From assembly GCA_033581555.1 (NCBI GenBank), contig JAVQSZ010000002.1, positions 141,778 through 205,777 of the forward strand: a stretch of 64,000 bases of DNA. Direction: 5' to 3'. The notes beneath the pieces were generated by a model. The model was not told where the DNA came from and did not search any database. It saw only the letters and a list, made by a program, of their open reading frames with translations. This DNA is from Nitrososphaerota archaeon (GTDB taxonomy: Archaea; Thermoproteota; Nitrososphaeria_A; Caldarchaeales; Calditenuaceae). Shown one piece after another: positions 1 to 8,988 of the stretch. The position numbers were made by a program, and so were the translations under genes. Position 1 is the first letter of the stretch, and the number at the start of each line of letters is the position of its first letter.

Positions 1-578
1 GCCAGGACGACCGTCATCAGACCCGTGGCGAGGAAGATCGCGTTGATCTCGGCGTGCTGAAGGAGGATGAAGGTGGTCGCGAAGGACCCGACGATGCTGC
101 CCGCAGTCGATAAGGCGTAGACGTTTCCCGAGACCGACCCGATCCCTGATAGGCCCTCGGAGAGCAACCTCACCGCTGAGGGGACGACGCCGCCGAGGAA
201 GACGCTGGGCACGCCGACCACGACCGACCCCATTACGACCGATCCCAGCCGCTCGTCTAATCGGATCAGCACGGGAGAAGAGCCCACGACTGCGATCACG
301 ACGGGCAGCGCGGTGACGTATGCCCCCGCGGAGGTCATCATCGCGGCCATGACGGTCCTCGGGTCGAAGCGGTCCGCGAGCCTTCCGCCAACATAGTAAC
401 CCGCCGCGAGCGCGGACAACACCACCCCTATCACCCCTCCCCAGACGACCGCGGAGCTCCCGTAGACCGCGTTCACGACCCTTCCGCCCGCTATCTCGAC
501 GATCATCACCGCTGCCCCCGACGCGAAGACCCTGACGTCCGTCAGTGCCCTGAGCGCGGCCAACCTGTCCTCCGTCAC
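1..578 (-). CDS. Fused MFS-like membrane domain / spermidine synthase family protein (5' part; runs off window start)
   Basis: Manual translation from GTG at 578: MTEDRLAALRALTDVRVFASGAAVMIVEIAGGRVVNAVYGSSAVVWGGVIGVVLSALAAGYYVGGRLADR...VSGNVYALSTAGSIVGSF. This matches the typical N-terminal membrane region of fused MFS/spermidine synthases. Not in the ORF track because there is no stop in the window. Confidence 0.75.
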   Translation of the reverse strand, partial: MTEDRLAALRALTDVRVFASGAAVMIVEIAGGRVVNAVYGSSAVVWGGVIGVVLSALAAGYYVGGRLADRFDPRTVMAAMMTSAGAYVTALPVVIAVVGSSPVLIRLDERLGSVVMGSVVVGVPSVFLGGVVPSAVRLLSEGLSGIGSVSGNVYALSTAGSIVGSFATTFILLQHAEINAIFLATGLMTVVL

Positions 579-678
579 CGAGCCCAGATAAAAATGGGGT
601 CTCCGAATCCGCGTGGAGGGGAAGCGCCAGCTCGCAACTACTAATTGACGGGCTGACGGCGATCCGCGGTAGGACCCG

Positions 679-1335
679 ATGAAGGGGGTCGAGAACAGGT
701 TCGCCGAGGACATAAGGGCCCTGATGGACGCGATTGGGTCAAGGTACGGCAGTCGGGCCAAGGACAAGCTCGTGGGGGTCGCGGAGAAGCTGATCGACCT
801 CTACTCGAAGGGCGTGGTGAAGATCAACCACTCGGTGATGGAGATGGTCTGTGCGGCCTACCTGGTCTCGAAGGGGTACGATGTCGACGTCGAGCACCCG
901 CTCGCGGAGCCGCTGGTATGCGACGTCTACGGCAAGAAGGGCGACGGGACGTTCATCGTCGAGATCGAGACAGGTTTCACTCCACCCGAGCACGCCCTTG
1001 ACCCGCTCACCTACCTGAGGGCGAGGATCGTGAGCAAGGTGGCGAGGTACAGCGCCTACGCAGACCGGTTCGCCCTCGCGACCCCCCGGTACAACCTCCT
1101 CGAGATCCACCGGGCCATCGTCAAGCCGCCCTCCAAGAGGACCGAGGACGAGCTGGAGGAGATGAGATCCCTCTGCGACCTCTACTACTCGAGGCCACCG
1201 GTCTCGCTGGAGGAGCTGAGGAACGCGAGGCTCCACTCGGTGATGGTGATCGAGGTCGACAGCCTCAGCGTCTACGAGTTCGACCCGGTCGAGTACAGGG
1301 ATGGCGTGATCCGGAGCGGACTGTCGGGCTGGTGA
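679..1335 (+). CDS. Conserved archaeal hypothetical protein with PD-(D/E)XK nuclease-like motif
   Basis: 218 aa with host-like codon style; H-S-V-M-E...CDVYGKKGDGTFIVEIET resembles the restriction-endonuclease-like fold. Confidence 0.6.
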   Translation: MKGVENRFAEDIRALMDAIGSRYGSRAKDKLVGVAEKLIDLYSKGVVKINHSVMEMVCAAYLVSKGYDVDVEHPLAEPLVCDVYGKKGDGTFIVEIETGFTPPEHALDPLTYLRARIVSKVARYSAYADRFALATPRYNLLEIHRAIVKPPSKRTEDELEEMRSLCDLYYSRPPVSLEELRNARLHSVMVIEVDSLSVYEFDPVEYRDGVIRSGLSGW

Positions 1336-1339
1336 GCCC

Positions 1340-2155
1340 TCAGGCGGCCAGGAAGTAGGCGACGCCCACAACCGCACCAGTCAGCGCACAGATCGCGTTG
1401 ACGACGTGGTTGTCCACGAACTTGAGCCCGGAAACGTGGACGGCCGTCTGGCCGCAGTGCTCGGGGTGCTCGACCACCGTGTTGCACGCGCTGCACCTGT
1501 ATCTGCCCTGCAGGAGCTGACCCACGACGCTGTCGACCGTAGTCCCGGCGATCGCGGAGAGCATCGTGGCCACCAAAAGCTTGAACGGATGGAGGGGGTT
1601 CGGGAAGCCGAACGCGTAGACGGTCCAGGTCAGGAAACCCGCGAGTGCCGCGCCGCCGTATCCGTAGAGCGTGACGCCGCCAGGCTCTCCAGGCCTGACT
1701 TCCCTGAACCCGACGATCGAGAGTACCTTGCCCCTGCTGAGGAGGCCGACCTCCGTGGCCAACGTGTCTGCGAAGACCGCGGCTACCGAGCAGACCATCG
1801 CCACCGAGTAGACATGGGACCTCGCCGGGTCGATGTGGTAGAGGATGGCAGCCCCGGCCGCGACGGACCCGTTCCCGAGCACGTTCCTCCAGCCCCTCAC
1901 CCCGCCCTTCAGCTCCGCCGCGCCCAGCGCCCTCTTCCTCTCGTAACCGATCCTGGTGAAGACCGCGGAGACCGCGAGGAAGATGAGCAGCACCACGACC
2001 CCTCCCCTGCCGATCGTCAGGTAGACGGCGGCGCCCACGGCGAGCGCGGCCACGGTGCCCTCGAGGTCGAGGACCTTGGTCCTCCAGATCAGAACCCCGA
2101 GGAACGCGAGGACCGCGGCGGCCTCGAGGATCAGATACGGGTCAACGGGCGCCAA
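1340..2155 (-). CDS. DUF92 (TIGR00297) family membrane protein
   Basis: RGWRNVLGNG, ADTLATEVG, PGEPGGVT, DSVVG, NHVVN motifs; C-terminal CxxC...HC insert. Confidence 0.85.
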   Translation of the reverse strand: MAPVDPYLILEAAAVLAFLGVLIWRTKVLDLEGTVAALAVGAAVYLTIGRGGVVVLLIFLAVSAVFTRIGYERKRALGAAELKGGVRGWRNVLGNGSVAAGAAILYHIDPARSHVYSVAMVCSVAAVFADTLATEVGLLSRGKVLSIVGFREVRPGEPGGVTLYGYGGAALAGFLTWTVYAFGFPNPLHPFKLLVATMLSAIAGTTVDSVVGQLLQGRYRCSACNTVVEHPEHCGQTAVHVSGLKFVDNHVVNAICALTGAVVGVAYFLAA

Positions 2156-3437
2156 CCCTGCTCACCACCTCTGACGTCAGCGACTCCAGCTCGAATTCCA
2201 GCTGCTCGCCGGTCCGCAGGTCCTTCACGGAGACCGTCCCACTCTCCCTCTCCCGGGGGCCGATCAACGCGACGAACCTCACGCCCCGCTCCGACGCTAG
2301 CCCCAGCTCCTCCCCGACCGGCCTGCCCGGGAAGGCTAGCTCGGCCTCTATCCCGGCCCTCCTCAGCAAGCCGGCCACCCTGACCGCGTAGAGCCTCTCC
2401 TGAGGCGTGACTGGCTTCACCAACGCCGTGGGGCCCGAGGACGCGGCCTTGACTCCAGCCCTGTCGGTCAAGTATTGCATCACCCTCGTTATCCCGATCG
2501 CGACCCCCACTGCCGGGAAGTCCCTACCGCCGAAGAGACCTATCAGCCCGTCGTACCTCCCCCCTCCGGCCAGCGCCACGTTGGCTAGGGGGCCGTAGAC
2601 CTCGAAGATCGTTCCGGTGTAGTAGCTGAGCCCCCTCGCGAAGCCCGGGACGAACCGGACTCTCGCTTCGCCGAGGAGCTCCCTAAGGGCGCCGTAGACC
2701 TCGATCAGCTCCTCAAGCTGCACTCCCGCGCCCTCGACCCCGCTCAGTACCTCAGCGAGCTCACCGGGGTGCTCAACATCGCTCCGCACCAGCTCCCCGT
2801 AGACCTCGGCCGCGTCCGCAGAGTCCGACCTCGACCTCACTAGCTCGATCGCCTCCTCGGCCCTCCCTCTGTCGATCAGCGAGAGGACATCGTCCGCGCT
2901 GTCGCCCTCGATCCCGCACGCCCTCAAGACAGCCCTATGGACCCCGACGTGTCCCAGCTTAACCGAGAAGTCCGGTATGCCAACGGCCTCCATGAAGTCC
3001 CTGCAGATGAGGACTTGCTCGACGTCGGCGTAGGGGTCCCTGACGCCTATGAGCTCGAACCCGGCGTGATAGAACCTCCTCCTCCTGCCCCACTGGGGCT
3101 CGTCGAGCCTGTAGCAGTCTGCGATGTAGGAGAGCCTCTGCGGGAGGGGCCTCCTGCTGAGCCTCGAAGCGAAGAGCCTCGCGACGGCCGCGGTCATCTC
3201 GGGCCTCAGCACCAGCTTCCGCCCGTGCTGGTCCTCGAAAGCGTACATGTGGCTAAGGATCTCCTCGCCGCTCTTCGCCGCGAAGACCTCGAAGTGCTCG
3301 ACGGGCGGCGTCTCTACGGGATTGTAGCCGTACAGCCTCATCACCGACCTCGCGACGCCTATCAGCCTCTCGTGGAGCGCGTACTCCTCCGGGCCGAAGT
3401 CGTCCATCCCCTTCGGGGGCTCCAGTGGTAACCTCAA
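2142..3437 (-). CDS. hisS: Histidine--tRNA ligase
   Basis: PKGMDDF, LRPEMTA, GRRRRFYHAGFE, RGLSYYTG, GGGRYDGL, anticodon-binding C-terminus. Confidence 0.97.
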   Translation of the reverse strand: MRLPLEPPKGMDDFGPEEYALHERLIGVARSVMRLYGYNPVETPPVEHFEVFAAKSGEEILSHMYAFEDQHGRKLVLRPEMTAAVARLFASRLSRRPLPQRLSYIADCYRLDEPQWGRRRRFYHAGFELIGVRDPYADVEQVLICRDFMEAVGIPDFSVKLGHVGVHRAVLRACGIEGDSADDVLSLIDRGRAEEAIELVRSRSDSADAAEVYGELVRSDVEHPGELAEVLSGVEGAGVQLEELIEVYGALRELLGEARVRFVPGFARGLSYYTGTIFEVYGPLANVALAGGGRYDGLIGLFGGRDFPAVGVAIGITRVMQYLTDRAGVKAASSGPTALVKPVTPQERLYAVRVAGLLRRAGIEAELAFPGRPVGEELGLASERGVRFVALIGPRERESGTVSVKDLRTGEQLEFELESLTSEVVSRVGAR

Positions 3438-3514
3438 CCCGCCGCGACTCCTCTGAGTCCCTATATGAGCCCTTACGGTTCGCGACCTCGCCTACTCCGC
3501 TGACGTCCACTGCC

Positions 3515-4351
3515 TCACCTCGAGGGGTGGAGGCCCATCGCCTCCCTGCCCTCGGGAGGGCGCGCGCCCTCGACCATCGCCGCGACCGCCTCGGGCGAGA
3601 GGTCCTTGAGGGCGCCACACCAGGGGCAGTGGAACCTGAAGACCGAGCCGGACCTCGCGGCCTCCTCGCACTCCTCCTTGGGGGGCAGGCCGACGTGTAC
3701 CGCCTCCTTGCAGTGCTCGCACCTCAACGAGGAGATGAGGCCCGAAGGCCTGACGGGGACCTCCTCGATCAGCAACCCGGTGACCAAGTAAAGCCTCGCG
3801 ACAGGGATCCCCAGCCCGCCCTCCTTCACCGCCCTCCTGAGCCTCTCGTTCTCGAGCTCCACCTCCCTCAGGAGCTCCCTTGCCTCCCTGAGACTTCTCT
3901 CGAGCATCGAGAACATCCAGACCGGAACGAACTTCTCCCTCACGGACTTCGCGATCAACTCCGCGAGCAGCGTCTTCACCCTCTCGAGCGTCCGGTCGTC
4001 GACGCGGACCGCGCCCGTCTCCATCGACGTCCCCAGCTTCGCCAACAACATCCCCATCCTCTTGAGCGACTCGGGGCTGACCTCCCGGGAGTTGGAGAAG
4101 AAGAGGGCCAGCGCGTTGAACTGCTCCTCGACCTCCCTGAGCCTCTCGACCTCCTCGCGCTCCCTCCCCAACCTCCTCCTCACCTCCTCCTCTACTAGTG
4201 CGCTCAGCGAGCCAGAGGGTCCTCCCTTCAACTCGGCCCTGAGCCTGCTATACTCGAGGAGCACCTCCGCGGCCTCCTCTGCACTCAGCCCGGCCTCCTC
4301 GACCGCCTCCAGCAGCCTCCCGCATCTCGAGTATGGAACGAACGCCTCCAT
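3515..4351 (-). CDS. Hypothetical coiled-coil protein with C-terminal Zn-ribbon (CEHC...CPWC)
   Basis: 278-aa ORF, E/R/L-rich heptads, two CxxC motifs. Confidence 0.6.
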   Translation of the reverse strand: MEAFVPYSRCGRLLEAVEEAGLSAEEAAEVLLEYSRLRAELKGGPSGSLSALVEEEVRRRLGREREEVERLREVEEQFNALALFFSNSREVSPESLKRMGMLLAKLGTSMETGAVRVDDRTLERVKTLLAELIAKSVREKFVPVWMFSMLERSLREARELLREVELENERLRRAVKEGGLGIPVARLYLVTGLLIEEVPVRPSGLISSLRCEHCKEAVHVGLPPKEECEEAARSGSVFRFHCPWCGALKDLSPEAVAAMVEGARPPEGREAMGLHPSR

Positions 4352-4505
4352 CCGTCAGCCCCCGCCCTCCCGCCGAGACCCGGTAAAATGCGCGACAACT
4401 CGTCCTGGTCTTTAGAGATCCGCAGGCCATTCCAGGGTATTACGCGGGTATTCTGGGCGCGACGGCGCGAGGAGCGCGAACCCTTTTCTCTAACTCTTCC
4501 GTCGA

Positions 4506-5342
4506 TTGATAATGTCCTACGAGTTCCCGCTGGTCTTCTACCACCCGGAGAGGAGGCTCGTAACGATCTCGGCGATCGTTGAGGGCGGGACCGGAGGACT
4601 GGCGGGACTTTTGGGGTTCTACGCTGCCAAGGGCGTCAAGGTCCTAGGGTTGGTGACCTGGGTCACCCTCTATCCGGAGCGGTCGGTGGGCCTCAACATA
4701 GTGGCCGACGTGACGGACGTGGAGGGGGATTTGAGCGACATCTTCGCGGAGATGGGACAGATCAGGGAAGTGGCTGCTATGACAGTCTACGAGTCCGGCG
4801 TCAAGGGCCTCGCGACCTGCCTCAAAGGGGGCTTCCCGACCTTCCTCGGCGAGAGGCTATTCGTGATGCCCCACGCGCTCTTCGAAGGCCTCTATCACAC
4901 GATCTTCGAGTCGCTGGGCGGATCGGCCTTCGCGATCCTGCGCCGAGCGGGCCGGAAGGTCGGGGAGTTCGCAAGGGCCTTTAGGGCAATAGTCGGAGAG
5001 CCGGTCGACCTGCTCCGCGTCATGAACGAGATCTCGAGCACACTCGGACTCGCGCAGGAGATCAAGGTCATCTCCGTGGAGGACAACTCACTGAAGGTGT
5101 CCGTGAGGGAATTGGCCGACTGCGTGAGCATCTCGGACCTCAAGCCAGGAACCAAAACCGGCCACTTCTTCACGGGGGTCCTCGAGGGGCTCTTCGAGGG
5201 CGTGGAGGGCGTAGAGTACGAAGTCGAAGAGGTCGAATGCATCAACGCAGGCGGCGTCGCGTGCGTCTTCGAGGTGAGGAGGACTACGGGTGGCCCTCAT
5301 AGAGGGCGAGACGCCTGGGGCGCTGCCCGAGGAGGGACCTGA
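4506..5342 (+). CDS. ACT-like + V4R (4-vinyl reductase) small-molecule-binding protein
   Basis: C-terminal GVLEGLF...VEEVECINAGGVACVFEV is the V4R signature; the N-terminal ~90 aa are ACT-like. Confidence 0.75.
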   Translation: MIMSYEFPLVFYHPERRLVTISAIVEGGTGGLAGLLGFYAAKGVKVLGLVTWVTLYPERSVGLNIVADVTDVEGDLSDIFAEMGQIREVAAMTVYESGVKGLATCLKGGFPTFLGERLFVMPHALFEGLYHTIFESLGGSAFAILRRAGRKVGEFARAFRAIVGEPVDLLRVMNEISSTLGLAQEIKVISVEDNSLKVSVRELADCVSISDLKPGTKTGHFFTGVLEGLFEGVEGVEYEVEEVECINAGGVACVFEVRRTTGGPHRGRDAWGAARGGT

Positions 5343-5350
5343 CGCCGAGA

Positions 5351-6823
5351 TCAGAACTGATACCTCTCCCGCAACCATTCGTAAAGCTCTAGGTCGCTGA
5401 CGACATCCTCGACCGGATACAGCTCGTAGGCCCTCGGGTCAGCGAACCTCCCCTCAATCGCGGTAGCTGCGGCCGTCAAAGGACTGACGAGGTGCGTCCT
5501 CGCGCCGGGGCCCTGGCGGTTCTCGAAGTTCCTGTTGGAGGTCGAGGCGCACCTCTTCCCGGGCTCGACGTAGTCGCCGGGAGCCATAGCGATGCAGTAG
5601 CTGCAGCCCGAGTTCCTCCACTCGAACCCCGCCTCGATAAGGGCCCTGTGGACCCCGAGCCTCTCAGCCCACCGCTTCGTCAGCATCGACCCCGGGACGA
5701 CGACGGCCTTCACGCCATCCGCGACCTTCCTCCCCTTGACCAACCTCGCGACCTGAACGAGGTCGGAGAGCCTTGCGTTGGTGCAGGACCCGATGAAGAC
5801 GACGTCGACCGGGACATCCCTGATCCTCTGGCCAGGCCTCAGGCCCATGTACTTCAGCGCCCTCTCGGCGGCGGCCCGCTTAGCTGGGTCCTCGAACTCC
5901 TCAGGAGACGGGACCTCGTCCGTGACCCCAGCCACCTGAGCAGGGTTCGTGCCCCAGGTTACCTGCGGCTCGAGACCGTCGACGTCCAACCTGACCGTCT
6001 TGTCGTAACGGGCACCAGCGTCGGACCTGAGGGTACTCCAGAACCTAAAGGCCTCCTCGAGGTCCTCGCCCTCCGGGGCGAAGGGCCTGCCCTCCACAAA
6101 CCTGAAGACCTTCTCGTCGGGAGCGATTATCGCGGTCCTCGCGCCCCCCTCGATCGACATGTTGCATAGGGTCATCCGATCGTCGATGCCCATCCGCTCG
6201 ACCGTCTCGCCAGCGAACTCCATCACGTGTCCTATCCCGCCGCCGGTCCCGATCTCGCCTATCAGCTTGAGGATGACGTCCTTCGAGGTCACGCCTTCGT
6301 CCAGCTCGCCCCTCACCTCGACGAGCATCTCCTTCGGTCTCTTGATCCAGAGGGTCTGGGTCGCGAACACGTGCTCGCCCTCGCTGGTCCCGATCCCGAA
6401 CGCGGCCGCCCCGAAGGCTCCGTGGGTGCTGGTGTGGGAGTCCCCGCAAGCTATCGTGAGGCCGGGCAGCGTCAACCCGAGCTCCGGCATTATCACGTGT
6501 ACGATGCCCTGGAAAGGGCTGAAGTAGTCGAAGAGCGCGATCCCGAACTCCCTCGCGTTCCTCTTCAGAGCCTCCATCTGGGCCGCGGACATCTCGTCGG
6601 TGACCGGTAGCGTCCTGTCATGAGTCGGGACGTTGTGGTCCATGACCGCGAATGTCAGGTCGGGCCTCCTAACCCTCCTCCCGGCGGACCTCAGGTTCTC
6701 GAAGGCGACCGGCGAGGTGACCTCGTGGGTGTAGTGCCTGTCGATGTAGATCAGGGAGGTACCGTCATCGCGCTCGGCGATCACGTGCTCTAGCCAGATC
6801 TTCGAGAAGACCGTCTTCGCCAT
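5351..6823 (-). CDS. leuC: 3-isopropylmalate dehydratase large subunit (bacterial-type)
   Basis: HEVTSP, DHNVPT, CGDSHTSTHGAFG, IGSCTN, SGCSYCIAM, STSNRNFENRQG. Confidence 0.95.
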   Translation of the reverse strand: MAKTVFSKIWLEHVIAERDDGTSLIYIDRHYTHEVTSPVAFENLRSAGRRVRRPDLTFAVMDHNVPTHDRTLPVTDEMSAAQMEALKRNAREFGIALFDYFSPFQGIVHVIMPELGLTLPGLTIACGDSHTSTHGAFGAAAFGIGTSEGEHVFATQTLWIKRPKEMLVEVRGELDEGVTSKDVILKLIGEIGTGGGIGHVMEFAGETVERMGIDDRMTLCNMSIEGGARTAIIAPDEKVFRFVEGRPFAPEGEDLEEAFRFWSTLRSDAGARYDKTVRLDVDGLEPQVTWGTNPAQVAGVTDEVPSPEEFEDPAKRAAAERALKYMGLRPGQRIRDVPVDVVFIGSCTNARLSDLVQVARLVKGRKVADGVKAVVVPGSMLTKRWAERLGVHRALIEAGFEWRNSGCSYCIAMAPGDYVEPGKRCASTSNRNFENRQGPGARTHLVSPLTAAATAIEGRFADPRAYELYPVEDVVSDLELYEWLRERYQF

Positions 6824-6868
6824 CGCGGACGCGTGGAGGCGACCTCTGATAAACCTTCGGGCCCACGC

Positions 6869-7294
6869 TCAGACCTTCCTGACCGGGGTCCTGGCGCCGC
6901 AGGCCTCGCACACGAGGTACCTGAACTTCTTCTCCCTCTGGATCTGGGTGTCAATGCCGCCGCAGACCGGGCACTTGACGAACTCCTTGAAGTAGAGCTG
7001 GAGTAACTTCGCGAACTCTGGGTCGCCGATCTTGCCGTTGAGGATGAGCCTGTCGCCCTCCAGGGACCCGGGCTTCCCGCTCTCCTTGAAGATGAACCTC
7101 GCGACGTGCTCAGGCTCCCTGCTGAGCGAGTCGGCGAGCTGCCTGAAGTTCAGGACGATGGTCCTGCGCTCGTCGTGGTATAGCGACGGCCGGAGCGCTA
7201 TCTCCCTCTCCCCGGAGGCTGAGGACTTGGCCCTGAGCTGGGCCCTCACCCTCTCGAGCAGCATCTCGTATGAAGCGCGGCCGCGCAGCTCCAC
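6869..7294 (-). CDS. eif2b: Translation initiation factor 2 subunit beta
   Basis: YEMLLER, TIVLNF, FVKCPVCGGIDT...CEACGA Zn-ribbon. Confidence 0.92.
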   Translation of the reverse strand: MELRGRASYEMLLERVRAQLRAKSSASGEREIALRPSLYHDERRTIVLNFRQLADSLSREPEHVARFIFKESGKPGSLEGDRLILNGKIGDPEFAKLLQLYFKEFVKCPVCGGIDTQIQREKKFRYLVCEACGARTPVRKV

Positions 7295-7341
7295 GGCGAT
7301 GTCCTGCGGAGCCTCGGGATAAAGGTGCCCGACAGGAGGGG

Positions 7342-7983
7342 TCAGAACCTGAGGACCACGTCGACCCTAGCCTTCAAAGCGTCCAACCGCTCGCGCTCCA
7401 CCGCAGTCAACCCGGAGCCCTTGTCGTCAGCGAGCTTCGTGCCCTCGTAGGCCGTCCCGACGAAGGTCTGGGAAGCATCGATCACTCTCGTCAGGACTTC
7501 AGGGTCTCCCGCGTGGAGGTAGATGGTGACGTCGTTGACGAAGAGGACCGGCGTAGGGGACGAGAGGTAATCGAGGAGCAGGGGCCCGATCAGCTCCGCG
7601 TTCCTCCTCGCGACCGAGAGGACCTCGTCCGCGTCCCGTCCAGTTAGCCTCGGACCCCTTACGCCATCCGACGTGAGGTACCTCACTCCGGAGACCCTTG
7701 GGTCGATCTCCCTTAGCTTGCCCCCGAAGCCTCCCGACCGCTCCGGCGCCATGTCGATCACCGTCACCTCCGTCCCGATCCCCATGACGAGGGCCTCGAC
7801 GACCAGGCCCGCGAGAATCCTGGACTTCCCGGACCCGGCCTCGCCGACGATCAGCACCTTCCTCCCCAGGACCGATCTCAGGCTGAGGCCCTCGGCTCGA
7901 AGAACCTCTCCGGAAGGGCCCTGCTCAGCGCGAGGCATAGCACGTACCCCAAAAGAGCTCCGGGGACCGAGCTGACAGCCCAC
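7342..7983 (-). CDS. Small P-loop NTPase (HerA/DUF87-like N-terminus); true start uncertain, possibly CTG at 7881 overlapping the thiW stop
   Basis: Walker A GEAGSGKS, VIDMAP, Walker B-like LFVND. Confidence 0.65.
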   Translation of the reverse strand: MGCQLGPRSSFGVRAMPRAEQGPSGEVLRAEGLSLRSVLGRKVLIVGEAGSGKSRILAGLVVEALVMGIGTEVTVIDMAPERSGGFGGKLREIDPRVSGVRYLTSDGVRGPRLTGRDADEVLSVARRNAELIGPLLLDYLSSPTPVLFVNDVTIYLHAGDPEVLTRVIDASQTFVGTAYEGTKLADDKGSGLTAVERERLDALKARVDVVLRF

Positions 7984-8444
7984 CCTGACCAGAAGACGAG
8001 GAGCGCACCGACCGGGCCTCTGCCCCGCAAGAGGTTCATCAGCGGCTCCGACCCAATCAGGGGCCCTATAACGAGCAGCGAGACGGTCCCGCCGATTAGG
8101 ACCGTCCCGACGGGCTCCGCGAGCGCGGAGAGGAACCTGAGCTCAGGCCTACTGAACCTCGAGGTGAGGTACCGGTGGAACAAGCCCACCATGAGCGCTC
8201 CGGGCAGACCTCCAGGGTAGGCGAAGATCGTGCCCAACCCCAGGGCTATCCTGACCGTTCCTACGACGAAGGGCACCACGAGCGAGCTGAGAGGCCCGAG
8301 CATCACGCCCGCGAGGACGTTCACCATGTGCTGGCCCGGGTAGGCCCTCGTACCCAGGAACGGGAACCAGAGTATCGGCGCCAGCGCTATTCCCATGGCC
8401 GAGAGCGCGATCCAGACCGCCACGGTTCTGGTAGCCCTCTCCAT
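7878..8444 (-). CDS. thiW: ECF transporter S component, ThiW family
   Basis: AYPGQHMVNVLAGVMLGP, GLGTIFAYPG, EPVGT motifs. Confidence 0.88.
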   Translation of the reverse strand: MERATRTVAVWIALSAMGIALAPILWFPFLGTRAYPGQHMVNVLAGVMLGPLSSLVVPFVVGTVRIALGLGTIFAYPGGLPGALMVGLFHRYLTSRFSRPELRFLSALAEPVGTVLIGGTVSLLVIGPLIGSEPLMNLLRGRGPVGALLVFWSGWAVSSVPGALLGYVLCLALSRALPERFFEPRASA

Positions 8445-8469
8445 CGGCTTAGAACCCGGAGCCTTGAGG

Positions 8470-8844
8470 TTATGAATTATGTGTTAAGCCACTTATGGCC
8501 CGTTCGACGTCATCGAGGAGTCGCTGAAGCTCGGAGGGGAGCGAGTACCTTTTCCCCTCTAGGACCGCGAAGACGCCCTTGGCCCGCCAGTGGAGCGCCG
8601 AGAGCGCGAGCCCCTTCAGGCTCATCGCGCTGACCACCTCGACCACCACGTCGGGCCAATATCTTAGGAGGGAGCGGACCGCGTTCAGGACGACCTCGAC
8701 GTTCGATCTGACCTCCTCGGGGTACTCGGAGAACTGCTGAGCGGTCGCGCTGATGCCCGCCAAGCTGGCCGGGTTACAGACGGCCTTGCAGCTGGTGGAG
8801 AAGACCGTCGGAAACACCCCGACCAGCGTCACCTTGACCGCCAC
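8470..8844 (-). CDS. Hypothetical protein (CxxxC, possible thioredoxin-like fold)
   Basis: 124-aa ORF with upstream TATA-like CATATAAG on the minus strand (8864-8871). Confidence 0.5.
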   Translation of the reverse strand: MAVKVTLVGVFPTVFSTSCKAVCNPASLAGISATAQQFSEYPEEVRSNVEVVLNAVRSLLRYWPDVVVEVVSAMSLKGLALSALHWRAKGVFAVLEGKRYSLPSELQRLLDDVERAISGLTHNS

Positions 8845-8988
8845 GCATTGCGATGATCCCGATCTTATATGACCGTTACCCCAACGCGTAGAGATGACGT
8901 TCAGGACCCGCTGAGCCGAGAGCGTCGAATCACCCGGGGTGGTCCTTCGCGGTCACCGTTATGAGCTACTGCGGTTATGTGATTTCGA

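Noticed and set aside
6824-6868. Leader peptides upstream of leuC (also checked hisS and glnA)
   Set aside because: No short ORF enriched in the cognate codons was found; the aro leader is the only such case in the window.
8445-8470. TPP riboswitch upstream of thiW
   Set aside because: The gap is too short and has no TPP aptamer consensus.
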